DNA of 64,000 nt, from IMG/VR virus record IMGVR_UViG_3300047320_000362; one strand, given 5' to 3'. A model generated the notes under the pieces. It saw only the letters and a program-made list of their open reading frames with translations, had not been told where the DNA came from and did no database searches. Below, piece after piece: positions 1 to 8,802 of this stretch (its first letter is position 1; the number at the start of each line of letters is the position of its first letter). The position numbers and the translations under genes were made by a program. The stretch is from an uncultured virus (IMG/VR IMGVR_UViG_3300047320_000362). Its lineage: Duplodnaviria; Heunggongvirae; Uroviricota; Caudoviricetes.

Positions 1-579
1 ATGCTGCAGCGTAGCCAGGCCCTACAGATCTACCTGAAGCCGGGACTGAAGGAAGACGATCTCATGATCCGCGTATGGGAGGCGTGCCGGAAGAGCGGCC
101 GTCCCCAGCACGTCTTTCGCACGATGCTGCGGGCGGGGCTGATCGCAATGGTCGAATCCGGCGACATGCCGGAATCGGTGATCGAGGAGTGCGGACTGGA
201 TTCGCTCGTTGAGCGTCGCCGCAGGCGCGTGTCCCGGCACTCAGACAAGCCGCAGGCCGCACCGCAGCCGGAGGCTTATCCGGTGCAGTATCCACCGCAC
301 TATGCGCCGCATAACCCGCCTGCGCCGTCCTACCCGTATCCGCCTCAGTATCAGCCACGCGAGCCGGCCGCCTTCGCGCCGACGGCTCCGGCCCGGTACT
401 ACGAGGAGGAACAAAGGCCGCCTCCGCCGGTGGAAGCGCCGGTGCCTCGCGAGGAGGCGAGGGTGGTGACACCTCCTTCGACCATGCCGGAACCCGCGCA
501 GGAGAGGCCGATCACAGCGAATCCTTCCTCCGCGGATGACGAGGCAAAGCCGCAGCGCAAGCTCGGCAAGTTGATGTGA
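1..579 (+). CDS. ParR/StbB-like ribbon-helix-helix plasmid partition adaptor with Pro-rich linker
   Basis: N-terminus LQIYLKPGLKEDDLM...FRTMLRAGLIAM resembles the ParR/StbB RHH pattern; Pro/Gln-rich linker; short basic C-terminal helix KPQRKLGKLM. Confidence 0.5.
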   Translation: MLQRSQALQIYLKPGLKEDDLMIRVWEACRKSGRPQHVFRTMLRAGLIAMVESGDMPESVIEECGLDSLVERRRRRVSRHSDKPQAAPQPEAYPVQYPPHYAPHNPPAPSYPYPPQYQPREPAAFAPTAPARYYEEEQRPPPPVEAPVPREEARVVTPPSTMPEPAQERPITANPSSADDEAKPQRKLGKLM

Positions 580-627
580 CCGAATCCATGAGGGATCATG
601 GATTGAAGACCCAGATGGAGATGAAAG

Positions 628-1794
628 ATGGCAGGTAAGGGCGGCGGCGGCCAGCCGGAGAACAGCAGCAACAGCGAGATGATCGTCCTGGTCACGATCG
701 TCCTCGTGATGCTGGCCCTGTGGGCGATCTGGACATTCTTCCGGGCGGCGGTGGTGCTCCCGGCATTCGCGATCGATGCTGCGTTCATCTTCATCATCGA
801 GCACATAAAGGGGCTGGGCCAGATCGGCACCGCTTCCAAGGAGTTCATCCACTCCTTCTTCACCGGATCCCGCTCCGCAGCGACGGACATCTCGTGGGAG
901 CAGTTCTCCTTCGTGCGCAGCGCGGTTGGCTCGCAGGTCCGCTGGGTGATCACTCCCATCATCCTGGGCCTTGCTGTCTGGATCGTCTACAAGATGAAAG
1001 GGCAGGGCTACAAGCGTGTGTTCTCGCTCGGCGGTGGAAAGGGCAAGCCCCTTGGCCTTGCCCACTACCAGTCGGAACGCTGGAAGGTCGCGACCTACAG
1101 CGCCTACTTCGATCCGGACGACCGCGACTCGCACATCACTCCGGCAGCGACCCCGATGGAGTTCCTCCGCAACAACGAGGTCGAGTTCGAAAACGGATCC
1201 TTCTCCGAGGAGACCCGCGAAAACCGTCTTCCGGACATCTTCGCCGCGCAGCTCGGCAAGCCATGGACGGGCCTGAAGCGTGCGGATCTCTGGGTCCAGT
1301 GCGTCGGCATCCTCTGCGGCCTCCACTACCTCCGCCGCAAGTCGTCGCTTGCAGAGCGCGAGGCGCTGTCCATCGCGTGGGCGCAGGGCAAGGATGGAAC
1401 GGAGGCGATGAAGGCCCTCGTCGCCAAGTACATCGAGGACAAGGACATCAACAAGGTCGTCGACACGATCTGCGCGAAGCATGCCTTCTGCAACACGGGC
1501 CTCTTCGCGCTTCTGGACCGCTCCCGTGCCCGCGCCGGCGTTCTGGCGTCCGCCGACTTCGCCTATCTGAAGCAGCTAGACCGCTCCCTGTGGTACACGC
1601 TGTCGAACTGCGGCCGCAGGCGCTTCTTCATCGAGGCGGCCGGAGTGGTCAGCCATTACTTCGCCGAGAAGGTGACGGCCAATCCTCTGATCGAGCCGAA
1701 CGTCGAGAATGCGATCAACGGCCTCGAGGACTATCTGGACGAACAGGGACTGCTCTCCCTCACCGAGTTCTTCAAGACGGAAGACATCGTCTGA
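628..1794 (+). CDS. dotM: Type IVB secretion coupling-complex protein, DotM/IcmP (TrbA) family
   Basis: N-terminal TM segments; C-terminal KHAFCNT..LL..R..GVLASADFAYLKQLDRSLWYTLSNCGRR...EAAG..SHYFAEK....P.VENAI.GL matches the DotM/TrbA C-terminal signature. Confidence 0.85.
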   Translation: MAGKGGGGQPENSSNSEMIVLVTIVLVMLALWAIWTFFRAAVVLPAFAIDAAFIFIIEHIKGLGQIGTASKEFIHSFFTGSRSAATDISWEQFSFVRSAVGSQVRWVITPIILGLAVWIVYKMKGQGYKRVFSLGGGKGKPLGLAHYQSERWKVATYSAYFDPDDRDSHITPAATPMEFLRNNEVEFENGSFSEETRENRLPDIFAAQLGKPWTGLKRADLWVQCVGILCGLHYLRRKSSLAEREALSIAWAQGKDGTEAMKALVAKYIEDKDINKVVDTICAKHAFCNTGLFALLDRSRARAGVLASADFAYLKQLDRSLWYTLSNCGRRRFFIEAAGVVSHYFAEKVTANPLIEPNVENAINGLEDYLDEQGLLSLTEFFKTEDIV

Positions 1795-2610
1795 TCAGAC
1801 CGCAGGAAGCGTCGATGTAAGCATCTCGGCGGTGATCGAACCAGAAAGGAGCTGCGTGACGCGGCTCCTTTCGCTTTCAAGAACATGCGCGCCCTCTCCA
1901 TCCAGCCAGCGCTCGATCTTCCGGAGCACGGAGAAGAGATTAGCGTCCTCTTCAAGTCGTTCCTTTTCCTTCATTGCGGCGTAGACGCTGTCCATCGCGC
2001 ATTCTCGCGCTCGGGCAGCCACGCGCGCTTCGAAGGAAGGGATGTGCTCCATGACTTCCCCTAGATCCGGTTGCAGCATCCGATCCGTGCACTGGGCCGA
2101 GAAGCCTGACATGCCGGGTGTTCCCGCAGGATTGGCCCGCAGGATGCTGTCCCAGACCTCGCCGCGCGCGTCCCAGTCCTCTTCCGATACCTCGTCGGGC
2201 TGGTCGGTGTTGTCCCAGTACGAGAAGTCCTCGACACCGTCCAACTCCATCCAGCGATCCACCCAGCGCGAGCGCTCCGAGAAGACCATGCCGTAGATGC
2301 GGCCGTCGTGGGGCAGGATGGCGAGTTCGAAGTCGAAGTCCACTTCGGGATCGCGCAGACCGCTTCCCAGGACTTCCTTCTGCCGCGTCCTGACTTCCTG
2401 CCGTGCCTCGCGGAACGGGTTCTTTCCGGCGTTCCGCTCGGGATTGACGGCATTGCGGTCGATCGTTTCCGCGCACATGCCGGCGAGCAGCGTCGCCAGC
2501 TCGTTCCGGTGAATGGATGCGAGCTCGATCCGCCATTCGGCGACGAGACGCTGGACGTCGAAAATGTCGTGGCTCCGGAAGCGGAACCCGGTGTAGATCT
2601 TTGTGCTCAT
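1795..2610 (-). CDS. hypothetical protein (271 aa)
   Basis: Long ORF, ATG start, coding-like codon usage; motif DFSYWDNTDQPDEVSEEDWDARGEVW. Confidence 0.7.
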   Translation of the reverse strand: MSTKIYTGFRFRSHDIFDVQRLVAEWRIELASIHRNELATLLAGMCAETIDRNAVNPERNAGKNPFREARQEVRTRQKEVLGSGLRDPEVDFDFELAILPHDGRIYGMVFSERSRWVDRWMELDGVEDFSYWDNTDQPDEVSEEDWDARGEVWDSILRANPAGTPGMSGFSAQCTDRMLQPDLGEVMEHIPSFEARVAARARECAMDSVYAAMKEKERLEEDANLFSVLRKIERWLDGEGAHVLESERSRVTQLLSGSITAEMLTSTLPAV

Positions 2611-2670
2611 GGTGTCTCGGGATACAAAAGGGATTGAAAGATTTATCGGAAGTCAGGGAAGGGCAGGTTC

Positions 2671-3648
2671 CTACACCCCTCCGGATGTTGCCGATCTACC
2701 GTTTTTCCGCCGCTCGGGAACCGATCCGACCGCCTCGAGGAGCGCCCCGACATCCGTCTCCCGGAGTATCTGCATGTCCGCCGTCGGCGGGGTCATCGAA
2801 ACGTGCGATCCATCCGCCCCAACGGCGGCGATCGCGGCGGGGTGTCCGTCGGCGCTCCAGAGAAGGTAGAGGTCGCTGCCTCCGACCGGATAGCGGGACA
2901 TGAACGTGCCGAGATGCGACGACAGGGCGGCCGAGGCCTCGGAAGCATTCGGTGATCTACGGGACAGGTGACGAACCGCGGCGGCAAGCGCGCCGCCTGA
3001 CAGCATCTCGCGCCAAATTCCGTTCGCCGATGGGATCTCCCGCCCGAGACTGCACGCATCCTTGAGGATCTGCACAAGCCAGCGCTCGTTCCACTCGGTC
3101 GGATCGAAGACCTTGTCTTCAGTATCCTCCATGAACCGGAGAAGCGAAGCGGCGGCGGCCCTGGTTGCAGGCTGCGCCGTAGGGTTCTCGACATACTCAG
3201 CGATCAGCTCGCACAGGCCTGACGTCGGCTTCCATTCGGGGCCGGGATCGATCGAGAAGCCGACCGGCCCCGAGACGATGGGCCTGATCGCCAGGACGTC
3301 GCGGCGGCCCTCATCGAACACCAGGGCGTCGATGAACTCCAATGCGGCGACGGGGAAGAACGAGGCTCCGATCCCTTCGAACATCAGAACCGTGTCCCAT
3401 GTCATCATGTAGCGGTGAAGCTCGTCGGCCTTGTCGAGATCGATCGCGATTGATCCTGACTTCTTCCTCATGAAGCAGCCCGTCACCTTGCCATCCTGCT
3501 CCTTCATCATGGCCCGGATGCTGGTACCGGGGATCCTGCTGACCAGAAGCCGACTCTTACCCTGCCATCGGACCTGGAGCGATCCTCCGCCGAGAACCGC
3601 GTGGCGGGCGCGGAGGAGAAAGGCGACGTAATCGAATCTTGAATCCAA
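2671..3648 (-). CDS. hypothetical protein (325 aa)
   Basis: Long ORF, TTG start with GGAGG upstream on the minus strand. Confidence 0.65.
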   Translation of the reverse strand: MDSRFDYVAFLLRARHAVLGGGSLQVRWQGKSRLLVSRIPGTSIRAMMKEQDGKVTGCFMRKKSGSIAIDLDKADELHRYMMTWDTVLMFEGIGASFFPVAALEFIDALVFDEGRRDVLAIRPIVSGPVGFSIDPGPEWKPTSGLCELIAEYVENPTAQPATRAAAASLLRFMEDTEDKVFDPTEWNERWLVQILKDACSLGREIPSANGIWREMLSGGALAAAVRHLSRRSPNASEASAALSSHLGTFMSRYPVGGSDLYLLWSADGHPAAIAAVGADGSHVSMTPPTADMQILRETDVGALLEAVGSVPERRKNGRSATSGGV

Positions 3649-3705
3649 GGCATCCTCCGTTCATCGCGGGGGATTAGATAGCCCTCTAGCGGTTATTGTC
3701 AACAG

Positions 3706-3963
3706 TTATTCGACCACGTAATCGACGTGATCACCCTGGAACGGGACGAATCCAATCGAGGCACCGAGAAGGACAGAGTAGCTTGCAACAAATTCGAAGG
3801 ATGCGTCGACCAATCCCAGCTCGAACTCCGACACGCGCTTTCGGCTGCAACCCAAACGGGCTGCCACCTCGTGCTGCGACATTCGTCTCCGAATCCTCTC
3901 GTCCCTGAGATTCCGCCTGATTTCAACCAAGAGCCCTGACGGGCTGGTTTCCGATCGATCCAC
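3706..3963 (-). CDS. XRE-family HTH transcriptional regulator
   Basis: LRDERIRRRMSQHEVAARLGCSRKRVSEFELG is an HTH_3 pattern. Confidence 0.8.
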   Translation of the reverse strand: MDRSETSPSGLLVEIRRNLRDERIRRRMSQHEVAARLGCSRKRVSEFELGLVDASFEFVASYSVLLGASIGFVPFQGDHVDYVVE

Positions 3964-4232
3964 GATTGTCTCCGTGTCTTGCTACCCGAAAAGCATGACA
4001 CCTGAAGGTTACAGACGCAATTCGAAAAAAATTGCGCCGACCGCAGGGCAAATCGAGATGATACACCTCTTGTGGTTGTCCACAACGGATCGTTGAGAGT
4101 CTTTCTGGAAGGATTCGGTCGCACTCTGCCGAGAATGGCTCACTACGACTATAAGTCAGGTTGGATTTTCGAGTTGACAACTGCCGACATCCGGTTCACT
4201 TGTTTTGAACAAAACAGGAACATTGCTCTATC

Positions 4233-5442
4233 TTGGCGCATCTCAAAGCCTATCGTCTGAAGCTCTATCCGTCGAAAATGCAGTCTGCTATTTTGGCTCG
4301 ACATGTCGGCGCTTGCCGATGGCTATGGAACCACCTTCTCGCCATGCAGAAGGCAAAATACGCCGCCGACGGCAAGTTCATCTTTTTTTACGAGATGGCA
4401 AAGATGCTACCCACACTCAAGCGGGAGCATGTGTGGCTTTCCGAAGCGCCTAGCAATAGCTTGGTACGAATCTGCAAGAATCTGGATTCGGCGTTGAGAA
4501 AGTGTTTCAGAGAGGGTGCTGGATTTCCGCGCTTCAAGGCGCGGGGCAAATCAAAGCAATCCTTTTACGTCGCCAACCACGTCATGCGGATCGAAGGAAA
4601 TGGCAGGGCGCTCCTTCCCAAAATGGGGCAGGTGCGATTCCGCGCCAGCCGAATTCCAGAGGGCCGTGTCCTCGGGGCTAACGTCGCATGGAACGGCAGG
4701 GCTTGGGAACTGACCGTCCAGTGCGAGACGGACGGGGCCGTTCCCGACATTGCCCCTCAGTCGGTCACCCTTATCGGCGTGGATCTCGGACTGAAGGATC
4801 TGATGGTTCGATCGGACGGCGTCTCGGTCAAACCGCACGGGTAGCGCCAACCGGGAGCGGCAAGCCCGGCGCGTCGGCAGAGTTCATGCTCGGGTTCGCG
4901 ACACTCGCCGGGATGCGCAACACAAAGCAACGGCTTCGCTTGTTGCGGCAGCGTCAGCGGTGGTCACTGAAGACCTGAATGTGAAGGGCATGATCCGGAA
5001 CAGGCATCTTGCCCTGTCGATCTCCGACGCGGGCTGGGGCGAGATCGTCCGCCAGGTCAGCTACAAGTGCCAATGGGCTGGCAAGATTCACATCAAGGCC
5101 GGGAGGTTCGAACCCTCCACGCAGACATGCTCGACATGTGGGAACAGATTGACCGGAGACGATAGGCTCCGGCTTCATCAACGCACCTATCGGTGCGTGT
5201 GCGGAGCGGTCATCGACCGCGACTGCAACGCGGCGAGGAATCTGCGCCGCTACGGGCTTAACGCCCTTGGACTGGAAGACACGAACGACGTAGGGCAGGC
5301 TATGCCCGAACGGGCCAGTGGGATTCGTCTCGTGGCCGACGCCTGTGGAGAGACCCCTGACGGGAGGATTGCGCCAGCAATCCTTAGTCATGTCTCGCTG
5401 AAGCTGGAAGTGGAGCACGTTCAACCGAAACTTTCCGCATAG
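4233..5442 (+). pseudogene. tnpB: TnpB (IS200/IS605/IS607-type RNA-guided nuclease) disrupted by an internal frameshifting deletion near 4835-4840
   Basis: 5' part has KAYRLKLYP HTH and GVDLGLKDL (RuvC-I); from 4840 another frame reads GSANRERQARRV..HKAT..VVTEDLNVKGM (RuvC-II), CSTC/CVC Zn ribbon and DRDCNAARN (RuvC-III); about 20 codons normally between the parts are absent; no tnpA seen. Confidence 0.9.
5288..5442 (+). ncRNA. putative TnpB omegaRNA / element right-end region
   Basis: GTAGGGCAGGCTATGCCCGAA...ACGCCTGTGGAGA...TGAAGCTGGAAG blocks of the kind found at tnpB 3' ends; boundaries uncertain. Confidence 0.4.
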
Positions 5443-5511
5443 CCCTGTTGACGAATTCCATCTCCTCCCCGCACACTTCCAGACATGAACAGGACTTTTG
5501 GCAGGTGCGGG

Positions 5512-6831
5512 ATGGAATTCTTCAAGAAGCGCTCGAACGAGTTTTTCAGGGGTGTCGGAGCCGAATTCGTCTTCAAGACTTCGGATGGGATATCCCTCGT
5601 GTCGGGCGGTCGAATCCTTAAGTTGAGGGTCGACGGGCCGCTTCCGGGAGCTACCGCGTCGCGACTTGTGCTCGCGGAACCCGACGGCAATGAGCATGTT
5701 ATCTTCGAGGGTGACGCGGTATCCGCCTCGGCGAAGTTCGTGGAGATCGCGAACGAAGCGACATCGAAGCGAACGCCTGTCAGCGTCAGCCGCAAGGGGG
5801 CCTATGCGGTTCTGGCCGCATTTACCGCCGTCTATCTGATCTTCTGCCATCCGATCTCGCAGCCTGCCTCCCAGCTCCCGGCAACGCAGACATCCGCATC
5901 GGATCTTGATGCGCTGCTCAAGTCTATTCCTTCCCTGACGGGCGGCGTCGGCAAGCTGAACGGCCTCAACATCCCGGCGGCTGTGAACTCGGCAGTGCCG
6001 ATCCAGCCCGGCGTGGCGGCGGACTCCGTGTCGCCCGTCCTCGACAAGCCATCCTTCCTGTCGCTTCCCGAGGACGAAGTCTCCGCGGCGAAGGCGGACG
6101 AACAGAAGACGAAGGACGTCGCCGCGGCGATTCCCGCCTACAGCGCCGATCTCTACGACAAGGCCGACCCGAAGGCAGCGCCGACGGCTGACAAGTCCGT
6201 GCCGGAGGCTTCGAAGCCATCGGAGGCTGCCACGACCGCGAAACGGACCGAAGAGGTGTCTGTGGCGCCGACTGATGCGAAGCCGGCCGCCGCCACCGAG
6301 GTTGCAGCGCTTCCGGCAAGCACGCCAGTCAAGGCCGACGAGGCTGTCGCGGGCAAGGATCCGGCAGCGGCAACTCCTGCGGTTTCCCCGGTCGAGAAGT
6401 CCGAGGCGAAGCCGGCGGATGCCAAGCCAGACGCCGATTCCGCTGCAAAGGCGGCAAAGGCCGCGACGAAGGACATGTCGGCGGCGGAGACCGCAGATCT
6501 CCTGAAGCAGATCGAGCAGATGATGCAGATGGATCCGACGGCCATCACGCCGGACATGCTGGCGAAGCTGCCGCATGAGATCGCCCAGACGCTCCGCGAC
6601 ACAGGCGTGATCGGCAACCCCGAGTCCATGCCTGAGAAGGGCAGCGCTCCCTACGCGGCCATCCGCCTTCCTCCCGGCGCCATCGACAAGTTCCGCGGCA
6701 GGGATGGCATCGCGTCCATTCCCGAGAACGACACCTTCGCGGCGCTCGGAAACAAGATCACGCTCCAGCTCCCTGGCGGCGGAGACATCCGCAAGCCCGA
6801 TGATCTCAAGCTTTTCGGCTTCAAGCCGTGA
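5512..6831 (+). CDS. membrane-anchored Ala/Pro/Lys-rich hypothetical protein
   Basis: Single TM (GAYAVLAAFTAVYLIF), low-complexity linker, compact C-terminal domain; start could be 5485. Confidence 0.75.
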   Translation: MEFFKKRSNEFFRGVGAEFVFKTSDGISLVSGGRILKLRVDGPLPGATASRLVLAEPDGNEHVIFEGDAVSASAKFVEIANEATSKRTPVSVSRKGAYAVLAAFTAVYLIFCHPISQPASQLPATQTSASDLDALLKSIPSLTGGVGKLNGLNIPAAVNSAVPIQPGVAADSVSPVLDKPSFLSLPEDEVSAAKADEQKTKDVAAAIPAYSADLYDKADPKAAPTADKSVPEASKPSEAATTAKRTEEVSVAPTDAKPAAATEVAALPASTPVKADEAVAGKDPAAATPAVSPVEKSEAKPADAKPDADSAAKAAKAATKDMSAAETADLLKQIEQMMQMDPTAITPDMLAKLPHEIAQTLRDTGVIGNPESMPEKGSAPYAAIRLPPGAIDKFRGRDGIASIPENDTFAALGNKITLQLPGGGDIRKPDDLKLFGFKP

Positions 6832-6902
6832 GTGGTCTGAACGACTAACACCTTCGTCCTGCCGTCGGCGGGAAACGCACCCACGATTGAAAAGGAAGCC
6901 AC

Positions 6903-7307
6903 ATGTCGGCAGGAGACAAGCCATACTTCGTCGAGATCAACGACTGGGCGCCGGATGTCCTTGAATACCGGGCCGTCGCCGATCAGGACTGGAGGACTAT
7001 CGCCTTCCAGCCGGAAGCATACCTCTTCGCCTTCTACGAACGCGCCAAGGGTCAGGCGCATCCACCCGTGTCCGACTGGTTCTATCTCACGACGGATCCG
7101 CGCGTTCTGACCGCGAAGGAGGCTCTCGAGGAGTTTCCGGACTACGCCGGGACGATCGAGATGTGGTCGACCCATGGCGTGAAGCTGTTCGGCAACCACG
7201 CCTACGACCATGGCGGCAAGAAGGGTGGCCGCATCATTCCGATGATGAACGGCATCGTGTTCATCGACAGGAAGGCCATGACGCAGGTCTGGCCCACAAT
7301 TCCGTGA
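6903..7307 (+). CDS. hypothetical protein (134 aa)
   Basis: AAGGA SD; stop overlaps the next GTG start (GTGA). Confidence 0.7.
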   Translation: MSAGDKPYFVEINDWAPDVLEYRAVADQDWRTIAFQPEAYLFAFYERAKGQAHPPVSDWFYLTTDPRVLTAKEALEEFPDYAGTIEMWSTHGVKLFGNHAYDHGGKKGGRIIPMMNGIVFIDRKAMTQVWPTIP

Positions 7308-7657
7308 CCGAGGTCGCCCCGGGACTAAAGATCGCCGTCGTCGGGAGCAGGGGCTTCCGCGATGCGCGCCTCGTCGATCGCAAGCTTTCGGAGATGAAGC
7401 CTTCTCTCGTCATCAGCGGCGGGGCGAAGGGCGCGGACCAGCTCGGCGAGACATGGGCGCGGCGAAACGGGGTCGAGGCGCAGATCTTCCACCCCGACCA
7501 CAAGCGATACAAGCACCCGTACCACCACCGCAACCGCCTCATTGCGGAGGCCTGCGACGTCCTGGTGGCCTTCTGGGATGGCCGCTCGTCGGGGACGAAA
7601 TACACGATCGAGTACGCGAGACGCATAGGAAAACCTGTCGTCATCGTTCGCTTCTGA
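7304..7657 (+). CDS. SLOG-family (YspA/DUF2493-like) nucleotide-binding protein
   Basis: IAVVGSRGF, ISGGAKGADQLG, RNRLIAE, VAFWDGRSSGT motifs. Confidence 0.85.
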   Translation: MTEVAPGLKIAVVGSRGFRDARLVDRKLSEMKPSLVISGGAKGADQLGETWARRNGVEAQIFHPDHKRYKHPYHHRNRLIAEACDVLVAFWDGRSSGTKYTIEYARRIGKPVVIVRF

Positions 7658-7719
7658 AGGCTGCCCGCCCAGGACACGAAGAGAATTTGATCCCCGCACG
7701 AACATGGAAGGAATGACAT

Positions 7720-8184
7720 ATGATCGATTTCGCCAAGCTTGAACTTGATGAGCAGACCACGGAACTCCTGTTCGAATTCTGCAGGACTCATCGTCTCGGC
7801 CTGGCCGACGTCGATGATCAGTCGGCCCTGTCGGCGGCTGATTTCAAGTTCCACGTGACGGTCATGTACAGCAAGGTGACGAGTCCCATGTTCCCGGAAG
7901 GGGAACGCGACTTCTCCCCGCATGTCCTCCAGCCGGAGGGGTTCGACCTGTTCGGCCCCGAAAACGACATCCTGGTCCTGAAGCTGCAATGCGACGACGT
8001 TCTCGCCGGCCTGTTCGACCATTACCGTGTCACCTATGGCCACGTCTCCGACTTCATGCCCTTCAGACCGCATATCACCGTCCGTGGAGGCGGCACCGGG
8101 CTGAAGGACCGCATCGCGGCCATCCCGCTTCCCGACTTCGACCTACGGGCAAGCCGCCTCATTCACAAGGTGAAGGCGGCCTGA
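7720..8184 (+). CDS. 2H phosphodiesterase, Acb1 (T4 gp57B-like anti-CBASS) type
   Basis: Two HxT motifs HVTVMYSK and FRPHITV with LVLKL and G.VSDF between them, as in Acb1 (HSTICYSR / LVLVL / GATHDFDDYTPHITL). Confidence 0.75.
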   Translation: MIDFAKLELDEQTTELLFEFCRTHRLGLADVDDQSALSAADFKFHVTVMYSKVTSPMFPEGERDFSPHVLQPEGFDLFGPENDILVLKLQCDDVLAGLFDHYRVTYGHVSDFMPFRPHITVRGGGTGLKDRIAAIPLPDFDLRASRLIHKVKAA

Positions 8185-8279
8185 TTCCATCGCGTAGAGA
8201 AGCCTTGAGCTTCTTCGCGTGGACGCTTCCAGTCATACCGGACTTGAGCTTGTGCCTCGGCTTGGCCGATGGGCCGAAC

Positions 8280-8711
8280 CTAAGCGCCTGCTTCTGCTGT
8301 CGCCGCTTCCGGCGCTTGGTGTGAACCGTCATGGAGAGCTTTCCACGCCTTGAGCATCGAAATGCAGAGCGCCACCGCGTTCCGCCCGGAGGGGCGAAGA
8401 TCGACGTCGGTGATCCCCGCCCAGTCAGTCGCCTCGCATAACTGCGATCTGAGGCGGGCGCCATGTTCGGGGCAATTGAAGTCCGGCATCAGCCAGGCGT
8501 CGTCGGACACGCTGCATTCGGCGACGCGCCATGACCATCCGGGATAGACCCGCTTCACCATGGAGATCGCCTCGACAAGGTTTGTCGTGCACTGAGAGGC
8601 CGGCCAGCCGTTTTCGGCGATCTGCGGCTCGAGGAACGCCTGCATGGCAGCATCGAGCTCCGGTGATCCCTTGGACTGCTCCAGTTCGCAGATGAGTTGG
8701 TCGGCATCCAT
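8280..8711 (-). CDS. phage-like hypothetical protein
   Basis: ATG at 8711 with GAGGAG SD; ELDA..TT.L..A....PGWSW..ALC pattern common in phage proteins. Confidence 0.6.
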   Translation of the reverse strand: MDADQLICELEQSKGSPELDAAMQAFLEPQIAENGWPASQCTTNLVEAISMVKRVYPGWSWRVAECSVSDDAWLMPDFNCPEHGARLRSQLCEATDWAGITDVDLRPSGRNAVALCISMLKAWKALHDGSHQAPEAATAEAGA

Positions 8712-8802
8712 GGCGCAGCTCCTCTTCAATCCGAGGACTGGTATCACGTCGGAAACCGGAGTGCCAGTCCTTGCCGTCGAATATCGGGCCGCCGCTGGAT
8801 GC

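Noticed and set aside
241..1482. 413-aa minus-strand ORF, and similar long ORFs at 4954-6924, 12817-14319, 30414-32315, 37612-39117, 45813-47045 and 57985-59139
   Set aside because: Antisense or alternate-frame shadows of recognisable genes, expected in GC-rich DNA; Arg/Leu-rich with no motifs
4016..4090. Possible replication origin (CGCAATT/AATTGCG hairpin, TTGTGG-TTGT-CCACAA with a DnaA-box-like TTGTCCACA)
   Set aside because: Only one imperfect DnaA box, no iterons, AT-rich unwinding tract or rep gene
4233..5442. TnpB read as a Cas12f/CRISPR effector or as a programmed frameshift
   Set aside because: No repeat-spacer array or cas genes; sequence is missing at the junction and no slippery site is evident, so a deletion explains it better
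6130..6480. Ala/Pro/Lys-rich quasi-repeats
   Set aside because: Low-complexity protein linker inside the 5512-6831 CDS, not a DNA repeat element
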